A stretch of DNA of 20,000 nucleotides from NCBI GenBank assembly GCA_002256025.1, contig NKIB01006075.1, forward strand, positions 106,575 to 126,574. Direction: 5' to 3'. The position numbers and the translations under genes are program-made. A model generated the notes under the pieces. That model was not told the origin of the DNA. It saw only the letters and a list, made by a program, of their open reading frames with translations, and made no database searches. Origin of the DNA: Asterionella formosa (Eukaryota). How positions within the stretch are numbered: position 1 is the first letter of the stretch; every line of letters starts with the position of its first letter. Shown here one piece after another: positions 10,228-18,266 of this stretch.

Positions 10228-10962
10228 TTATACGACATAATCCAGCGCAGCCTCTGGCTCTATCAAGTATTTTCTCAACAAAACAGTAGTATCTTGTACT
10301 CCAAATATATGATGTCCCGATGGCTCATACCCCAGGCCATTGTACATTTGAACCGCAGCTGTATTATTTTCCTCCACTCGAATGTACAATTCACGACGGT
10401 TCATATCGTGAGTTGCGATACGTTCACATTCTTGCACCATGTGTTTGGCAATCCCTCGTCGTCGACAATCGGGTCGAACTGCCAGGTCCGATAGATATGG
10501 CCGTGGTGGATCGATTGCTCGTGTGGCAGGCCGTGCGTCAATATCACAAAAGGCAACAACTTCATTGTTGCCAATCGTTGTGGCTACCAACATGACGTGA
10601 CGTTGGGCATCATTGTAGGGGAAATTTTGTTGTAGTCTGTTGAGTTCCGCCAATAGATAGAGATGCTTAAACGGATAAGGGCTGGTTTGGTAAAACGAGT
10701 TGATTATAATGTCAGAGACAACGGGCAGGTCGGCGTATCGGCAGGGACGAATAGCAAAAGAGGCTGGTGTTGTGCCATTGTCAGAACTCTGACAAGCTTG
10801 TGTTTTATGCTGTTGAGGGTCAACAGTAGAATCAAGCCTCGTACTATAGCGAAGGTTGGACGGGCTCCATGAAGCGGCCAGTAGAATTGCATGTAGGAGG
10901 AGGATCAAACGGGCCCATGCACGACCGGTCGAGCTAAGGGAGATAACCCGTTGGATTGGCAT
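10228..10962 (-). CDS. GNAT-family N-acetyltransferase (RimI-like) with an N-terminal signal/transit-like extension
   Basis: Acetyl-CoA binding motif A YLSDLAVRPDCRRRGIA and motif B LYIRVEENNTAAVQMYNGLGY. Hydrophobic N-terminal stretch LILLLHAILLAAS-W. Confidence 0.88.
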   Translation of the reverse strand: MPIQRVISLSSTGRAWARLILLLHAILLAASWSPSNLRYSTRLDSTVDPQQHKTQACQSSDNGTTPASFAIRPCRYADLPVVSDIIINSFYQTSPYPFKHLYLLAELNRLQQNFPYNDAQRHVMLVATTIGNNEVVAFCDIDARPATRAIDPPRPYLSDLAVRPDCRRRGIAKHMVQECERIATHDMNRRELYIRVEENNTAAVQMYNGLGYEPSGHHIFGVQDTTVLLRKYLIEPEAALDYVV

Positions 10963-12885
10963 GATATCTGTCTGATTGACGATGTTGATATTTTGGATGA
11001 TAATAGATTTGCTTTTGATGATTCAATGGGCGCTGGAATCGCAATATAATAGCTCTTGAGATGCGCTGCCTGTAAAAGCTTTCTATCATAAAAACTAAGC
11101 AAGATTACAGGAGGTGTTGACTAAATATGCAAGAGGATCTTGTCCTCCGAGACCATCAATGAGCAGTTACTCTAATCATTAAAAATAAATAATTAATGCT
11201 CCGGAGTGCGTACCGGTTTTACCATAATTACTGGTAGTATTGTGAATTTTTATGATATGCACACCACCCGAAATGTATACCGGTTTACCTACTGCCAGCA
11301 TGACGCATCATGATAATACTACAGGTTAATGTGTACAGCTGCGAGCAATATAAAAATGCGTCCTATTGTGTATTAAATTTTTTTTAAATGTGTGCGGCTA
11401 CCAGTTGCTATGATGATATCATGCCGCTCTTGTTGTGAACGCCCAGCTCTTCTTTTTGTTTTCCGACTCACATCACAGATATCGTCATGCGTACGTCTGT
11501 CAGTCTGTGAAGGATAATAACGAAAAGGAATTCAGACACATAGGTGCTTATTGTGTGTCTGTGCATCAAATTTCATTTTGTGCGTCACCTTATTATCCAA
11601 TACAATACCGGTACACAGCACAAACGACAAAATTTCTTGTGTGGCCACACAAGAATCAAATAGAATATATTCGATTTTAGTTTTAGACTAACATGACTAG
11701 TAGAAATGTTGTGTTGCTGCATTTTAGTTTATATATGTATGTAGTATAGTTGCTACACTTACCAGTACTTTATTACAAAATTTGTTGTTGCATCCTCTGC
11801 TGCTGTAGCCATTGCATTCATGATTGTTGCTTCATTTCACTGAGTTGCCTTTGCTTGTTGAACAATCCCGTACGAGCTAGCTACCTTCTTGCAGGGACGA
11901 CGATGATCTCAGTCTTATAATGAATGATATGGTCTCGATATTGATGGGGAATTATGCTGGCGAAGTTTGATTGTTTGTTTGTTACTCGAAATCAAAAGCT
12001 TTGGTCAATTTATATGACAGAATTGGAGAACGATGCATTGAAGGCCATACCCAATTCCAAATTTAACCGAAATCATGAAGATAATACCTTTTGATCATAA
12101 TTCGCCCATTGCGAACATCAATCTGTATTTCGAATCTGTTCTTTAAGATGAGATGTGTATCAAAGTGAAGACGGACCAGATGGCGGCGCAGTTTGTTGCT
12201 CATGGCCTCAATCATGGGTCTTCCGTTCTCATTGACTAGCTTTTGGCGAGCACATTTGTATGCTGCAGAGGATTTAGAGCTGCAACATCACTAATCAGGA
12301 AGGAGCTTCATTTCATTCAGGAAATAGTAGCACCACATGAACCTTGAATAGCAGGGGGGTCGAAATAACAATTGTAACTTTGCTTAATAACATTGTACTA
12401 TCCCATTGTTTTAAGAAATCTCTTTATCGGCAACATCAGAGGCACTATATAGGACAGCCTAACCCCATTGCCACACATATAGTACTACTTTCCACAAAGT
12501 GACCGCTTTATATATATAGCTTAAATACTATAAGTAGTGTAGCTTGCCCCACACACATGTTCTCGCCACTCCGAAGAAGTGTAAAATATTTATGAGGGTT
12601 CCAGAACCATTATTCAATCAATAGCTAAATTCCAATGTCGTACAGCAACAATGGTTGTCGAAATGAGTCCAATGATGTTGATAAACTTCTCCGTTATTGG
12701 GGAGTTTCAAATGATCCCTATTGTTTTATTAAAATTGTTGGTGCTGGTATTGATACAGAAGAAAAGAGGAACAAGCTTCTGTGCACCATTACGGCCACAT
12801 TTGAGAAGCATAGCCAAAAATGGGAATTTTTCTCCTGACAAGCCGATGGAATTCGTCATACCTGTCAATAGGGAGTGTATCTTAG

Positions 12886-13911
12886 TAAGGTTCCTGCATT
12901 TCAAAATTGAGTCAGAGTAATCAATCACACACTTCTTAAAAGTAAAACTTAAATGTATATCGCTAAATGGAGCTTTCACCAATACACACCCTTTCCATAT
13001 GCATAAATACAGCCATTGATCAAAGTAAGGGTATTGGTCAATTCTATTAATTGTCAGGATATAGGATCTGGCGAGAAACTGCAGAAAGGAACTTGGGTAT
13101 TTTTAACTATGCTAGTATAAAGACCAGAAATTTCGGGGGAAATCACTTCATTTGGCATTGTAAAAATCCGAACTTCCTTTTTGCAGATTCTTGCCAGAAG
13201 TTATATACTGATGCTATTTGAAGGTTACCTAGTATGTATCTAAAATCGCCTTCAGATCCAGCCAATGTTGAGATATCATTGTCCAAAAATTCGACAAAAT
13301 CGGTCTTTTCTACTGTCTCTAAAATTTTGGAATCAAAACCACTTAATGCAGAAACGTCATCATCTGAATCAGAGTCTTGTGATGCAACATTTAGTTGTTA
13401 AATTTCCTGAACCAAAAATTCCATTGTAAGTGCGCGCAGTAATATATATGTGCTGATTGGCTATTGCAAAATAGTTACTTCTGTTTGATTGTGCAAGGAA
13501 TTGCAAACCCACACCAGCCACATTGGATACACATGTAACATTTCCTTGGGTGTATGTACTGGTAGGCCAGTACTATATCTACTACGGGTACCAGCAGATG
13601 ATCATCATTGGACATCATACATGTACCACTTGTTGAGTGCACTTTCAAATATTTGCCAAGCTGCCATGTCATATTTAAGAAGCATAATCATCCGTATTTA
13701 TACATTTAGCAATGGACAACGTCTATGTATATATTTAGCAAATTCGAAAAGGAATCTATGCATGTACACGCAAATTTCCACTGATTTGAATATTTCAAAC
13801 GGAATCATGTCATTCAAAAATAGCTCATAAAAATTCTTAGTTCCAGGCAATTTCGGCAACCCTAAGAAATATTTTAATTTTTTGCCATAGGGTTGAAATG
13901 CAGGAACCTTA
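12886..13911. mobile_element. Putative non-autonomous DNA transposon bounded by perfect 19-bp inverted repeats (TTAA-type, Kolobok-like termini)
   Basis: TAAGGTTCCTGCATTTCAA at 12886-12904 is the exact reverse complement of TTGAAATGCAGGAACCTTA at 13893-13911. Read as GG...CC termini, the flanks are GTAA and TTAA. No transposase motif recognised. Confidence 0.5.
12905..13424 (-). pseudogene. Decayed ORF of unknown family inside the 19-bp inverted-repeat element; may extend to ~12530
   Basis: From ATG 13424: MEFLVQEI*QLNVASQDSDSDDDVSALSGFDSKILETVEKTDFVEFLDNDISTLAGSEGDFRYILG, frameshift, LLARICKKEVRIFTMPNEVISPEISGLYTSIVKNTQVPFCSFSPDPIS*QLIELTNTLTLINGCIYAYGKG. The long protein-like runs are broken by isolated TAA/TGA codons. 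Confidence 0.4.
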
Positions 13912-13926
13912 AAGGGAGGTTTGGTA

Positions 13927-14400
13927 CCAGTAAAAAAACTGCCATGACCCATTGAGAATATTTTTGAACTGCCGTGACCCATTGAACGCAAAATAACACA
14001 TTTTGCAATCAAAACTTAAATAAATGTAAATTTTGAGAGTTCTGGCTCCTTCCCGAGCATATAGGCTAGTCAGTATGTAATTAGTTTGAGATTTGGAGCA
14101 TGACAATTGCTTTAAAACATGACCTAATCCATCCTTGAAAATGTATATAAATGTATATAAATTTATCTAGAAAAAAGTATTCACTGCTCAGTGACCCATT
14201 GAAATCACTTTTTAGCTGTTTTATTATCATCGTATCTTCTGATGAAATTGTTCAATCAGAATTCTAACATGACAGCTTGATTGATCGATGCTGCTCTGAC
14301 ACTATCAAACAAATGGATCCGCAATTCGGTAGAATTTACCATTAGTCAGAGGAGTCAAACAAACACCCTAACTCAATGGGTCATGGTAGTTTTTTACTGG
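13927..14400. mobile_element. MITE, 474 bp, with ~30-bp terminal inverted repeats and subterminal direct repeats
   Basis: Left CCAGTAAAAAAACTGCCATGACCCATTGAG (13927-13956) versus the reverse complement of the right end (14372-14400), CCAGTAAAAAACTACCATGACCCATTGAG: one mismatch and one indel. TGACCCATTGA repeats internally (within 13968-13985 and 14191-14202). The interior is AT-rich and non-coding. Flanked by TA on the left and CA on the right. Confidence 0.8.
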
Positions 14401-15179
14401 CACTACCGGTGTGTGGTCTGAGAAACGAGGACTGCAACTTCGTTAAAAATCCACGCAGTATTGCCGCGATCTTTTCTTTGCGCAAAACGAAGCCTTTCTG
14501 GTCAGGCCTATGTACTATGTATACGTATGGTTTACAACAACTGCATAAGAGCTCGTCATACTTTACGACGAGAGGGCGGAGGAGCGAGGAAGGAACAAAT
14601 GAATGTATTGTGTACGACAGCTGCAGTTCACCCTTTGTATGAATATTTGCTTACCTGTGCTACATACATACCACGGTACCTGGTACCGTATATACGACCG
14701 GTGAGATATTCTCACTCAGTTCCGCCATACGTAGCTATTTCTTGTACCGGTACTTACAGATACAAGTACCCGCAGGTAGCTTATCACGTATGTAGCCTTT
14801 CGTTATCGTTGAGATAACGGTTTCCGTTTCTTCCTCCGAACACCGAATTATCGCCCGTTGTTTCATCGATCAAACACGCCAGCAACTACTACCGCATTGT
14901 TAGGCACGACTTTTGATCCCATCGTCAACAAGACTGTAGTTCTAGAACTAGCAAACACACATTCATCAAATCAATATCTAGAAGTCAGTCACTCTGTTGC
15001 TGCTGGTTAGATAAGATTCCTTGCTTCTTGATTGCAGTTACATTATTGTGGTCAAATCGTCAAGCGAATTCCATCGTGCTCAACGCTGTTCCGCAACCGT
15101 TTCAAACAACCCAAACACAACAGCGCAACCTTGTTTGCCTGCCCACTGGTCCACGTCGCACAACTAGCCGCTATCGAAT

Positions 15180-15866
15180 ATGAGTTCAAGACCAACATCC
15201 GCTGGGGCCAAGCCCCCTCTGTACAAGATTGTCATGTTGGGCGATTCTGGTGTTGGTAAGACGTCGCTGGTAGCTCGTCTTACGAACCCAGAACGACCAC
15301 TGAACCATGATATTTCGGCCACCATGGGCATTGAATTCGACACCCAAATGCTGGACACGCCGCAGGGAAAGGTCAAGGCGCAGATTTGGGATACAGCAGG
15401 GCAGGAGAGATTCGCCCGCGTCCTGCTCCCTACCTACTTTCGGAAGGCGAAGGGAGTCATTCTCGTCTATGACATTACCAATCAAAAGTCCTTTGAGTCC
15501 TTGAGTGAACGGTGGATGGCACAATTGAACGACCATGCTAATTCGGAGGACCTGGCCAAACTGTTGGTGGGGAACAAATCAGATTTGGAAGCAAATCGTG
15601 AAGTCAGCGTGGACAAGGCGAAGCAATTTTGTGCTGAATTTGGAATGGATATGCTAGAAACATCGGCAAAGTCCGGAGAGAACGTCTTGCAGTCTTTCGA
15701 AAAACTGGTGGGAATAGTTCATGACAGAGCTCTTGTTTCAAACAAGACCAAGGGCGGAATCAAGGGCATGAATGCAGGAGGGCAATCCCAAAATGCTGGT
15801 GGCAACACTATTGCATTGAATGCTGATCAAGATACTCCGTCTGCGTCAAATACATGTGGATGTTAG
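15180..15866 (+). CDS. Rab-family small GTPase, divergent Rab11-like, C-terminal CXC prenylation motif
   Basis: G1 GDSGVGKT, G2 TMGIEF, G3 KAQIWDTAGQERF, G4 VGNKSDL, G5 ETSAK, ending in CGC. Intronless, 228 aa. Confidence 0.95.
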   Translation: MSSRPTSAGAKPPLYKIVMLGDSGVGKTSLVARLTNPERPLNHDISATMGIEFDTQMLDTPQGKVKAQIWDTAGQERFARVLLPTYFRKAKGVILVYDITNQKSFESLSERWMAQLNDHANSEDLAKLLVGNKSDLEANREVSVDKAKQFCAEFGMDMLETSAKSGENVLQSFEKLVGIVHDRALVSNKTKGGIKGMNAGGQSQNAGGNTIALNADQDTPSASNTCGC

Positions 15867-16264
15867 AGTATGCTTATGCTGTAGTGGTGGTTGGTTCATC
15901 AAAGTGGCATGAATTGCGGCAACTTTTTATTCGTTTTTGAGACAGCTGCTAGTGTCATCCGGATTGAATCGAACAGCAGCGCACAGCGAGTTTGTATGAG
16001 AAGAACAAATCCTTTTCTTAGTCCTTATCGCCGTTTATAGTGCATGGTTTAGTTGACTTGTATTTTTCAAGTGTAGTCGGTGTGACTATACCGGTAGCTC
16101 ATTATAGATTGTCACTCTCAATTTTTAAGCAAAGGAAGGATCTTGGTATGAATGTAAAGAAATGAACCATGGCGTGTCCGAAGCACAAGGCGCTGCGCTT
16201 TGATATGGAATCCTCATTATAAGTCAGGACTCCATGGATACCTTCGACTACCAGTAATTCAAAC

Positions 16265-17295
16265 TCAGCTAGCTCCGCTCCGACAGTGAATATTGTCAAA
16301 CTCCACTTGGTGCACTTGCCATCGAAATGCTCCTACATCATCTTCCATGAGTCCCAAGTCAATGCAACAAAAATCACCATGTTGCCGTAATGACCCTGGA
16401 GATACTACTCGTATGGACCCATCTGGAGCACAGTCGATCGTCTGCGCCGTACCACCCACAAGGTTCAAACATACGTTGGTGTCGGTAAGGGAGGACACGT
16501 AGTCCGCCATTGGAATCGTTGCCAAGTTAACGTTGGTTGTCACTAAAATAGTTTGAGAGTGGTCTGTGGTGAATGATATGTCCGTGTTTTTTGTTTCGGG
16601 GGCTAGTTCAAGTAGCTGCTGCACCTGTCGTGACAGTTCGGGCCTGGTGGATAGGTCATGAAACATGAATTAGGAAAAAAAGAGTTGCAATTTTCCAAAG
16701 CAGGTCTGTTCTTGACCTGTTCTGGGTTGCCATAATTTGTGCAGCAATATCTAGTAGCGCCGACTTACCTATACTTCTGAAACGTCTCGTCCGCCATGAC
16801 AGACAAACCACCACACCCCAACGCCGGCGCTAATTGCAGCCACTCGGCATGAATGTTCCTAGAATTGGGTGTCAGTCGAAGCGGGCCCTCTTTTTCGCCT
16901 AGTACCAACGTCGTTTCTGGGTCTTGCGGCCCCGCTGGACAAAAGCATACCCGACAAACGATGGACTCCAGTTGCGACAGCGCGCCGGTCATGAGTCCTT
17001 CCAAGGCAGCCGTCAATTCCGGTGTTCGTCGACGAATCATTGGTTGTGGCCGTCGCCTCGTCATGTATTGGGCCAAGTCCTCATCGCGGCAGAAGGGTCC
17101 ACACGCAATAATGACATCCACTTGTCCACCCGAAATTCGTGAATCCGTGAGGGCGTACTCGGCTAGTGCAGAGGCAGAAGGAAGGTCAAGGTCGGCGACA
17201 GCTACGATGCGGATGGAGGCTTCATCGCGGGGTAGTTGGAGGCTTCCAACCAAGTCGAATGCTGCTGCCCTCTCTGCTGATGTTTCTTCCGTCAT
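16265..17295 (-). CDS. Calcineurin-like metallophosphoesterase-fold protein (Icc-related) with degenerate metal-binding motifs; 2 exons (16769-17295, 16265-16643), 301 aa
   Basis: Intron GTAAGT...CCACCAG (16644-16768) joins the two ORFs in frame (QKYR|PELSRQ). The motif order IRIVAVADL / VDVIIACGPF / RVCFCPAGPQDP / ILVT / VVSPGSL...GDFCCIDL parallels MPP motifs DxH / GDxxD / GNHD / LxxH / NPGS. Confidence 0.75.
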
Positions 17296-17861
17296 GTTGT
17301 TGTGATAACCAATTCGCGTCTATGTGACTGCTGTCATTGATGTCGTGGTGGTGGATTGCTTTCGTTTTGTCGAATACCGAAAGATAATTATTTATTACCT
17401 GGTAGTCAAGGTAATTTGCTTTACGACACACCGGGTAGCTAGTCTTAAAGCTCGCTCAGCATGACCACATTTTCCTATGCTGTGGTAATTGCTTACCCGT
17501 AGAATCAGACATCAATATACCATGTAATCGCGGTAAAAAGGAAATATAGCTCGGTTTTCCCGCAACTCCCAGGTACAGGTACAGCATATGTACCCTGGTT
17601 TTGAAATAGCTATACGGCGCTTCTTTCTAAGAGTGCTCCCCTACTTGCTCTGAAATGACCGGTCAAGATCTCTCTCGCGCCGCTCGTTTGCTAATTATTA
17701 TGCTATATAAATACTGTCTATTTCCTTTTGGACATTCCTCAGACTACATCTAGTCTTCGGATACCTGTCGACATCAACAGCCTAACAGACACATTCTGAC
17801 AACCTGGTACCCGCCCTACATACAACACTTCTTGTTCTTTTACAACCACTTCACCTTGTAA

Positions 17862-18266
17862 TACGGTACCTGTGTTGCCCTTCAATATGTGGCCAACCTC
17901 CCTGGCAATGATTGTGCTGTGTATCAGGCTAATTACACCCAGAGCTGCTGTGTTGGCCTCTCAGATTCGATGGCCCCAGTGACGAGTGCTCCTGGAAATA
18001 CTCTTGCCCTAATCACTACTGCTCCTGATGTTGCTACTCCTGGGCCTGATGTTTGACATCTCATCCCAACTGGTACCCCAACAACTGGCCCTCATGGAGA
18101 TACGCTTGCCCCAGTCACTACAATGCCTGATGCTGCGGCTACTACTCCTGGACCTACTGCTTAAGCTCCTGCTAGATCGCCGAATAGTGTCACATTCACA
18201 GCATCTTCCAGAGCCAGTTATGTTGCAGCTAGTGTAGTCACTATGATGACACTCATTCTTGCCTAG
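17862..18266 (+). pseudogene. Pseudogene of a Cys-rich plus Pro/Thr-rich (mucin-like), probably GPI-anchored cell-surface protein
   Basis: One frame reads YGTCVALQYVANLPGNDCAVYQANYTQSCCVGLSDSMAPVTSAPGNTLALITTAPDVATPGPDV*HLIPTGTPTTGPHGDTLAPVTTMPDAAATTPGPTA*APARSPNSVTFTASSRASYVAASVVTMMTLILA*, with internal stops at 18054 and 18162. No intact start or signal peptide was found. Confidence 0.7.

Noticed and set aside
10132..10892. Several ORFs overlapping the GNAT gene
   Set aside because: Shadow frames with no motifs.
11890..12360. Possible decayed coding sequence
   Set aside because: Protein-like stretches with stops appear on both strands. I could not choose a frame or recognise a family.
7214..17295. 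Transporter, GNAT, Rab and phosphoesterase as a functional gene cluster
   Set aside because: The functions and predicted compartments are unrelated, orientations are mixed, and TE relics separate the genes. Nothing suggests co-function beyond adjacency.
15032..17305. Alternative ORFs overlapping the Rab and phosphoesterase genes (e.g. 15186-15536 -, 16853-17305 +)
   Set aside because: Antisense or out-of-frame shadows of GC-rich real genes.
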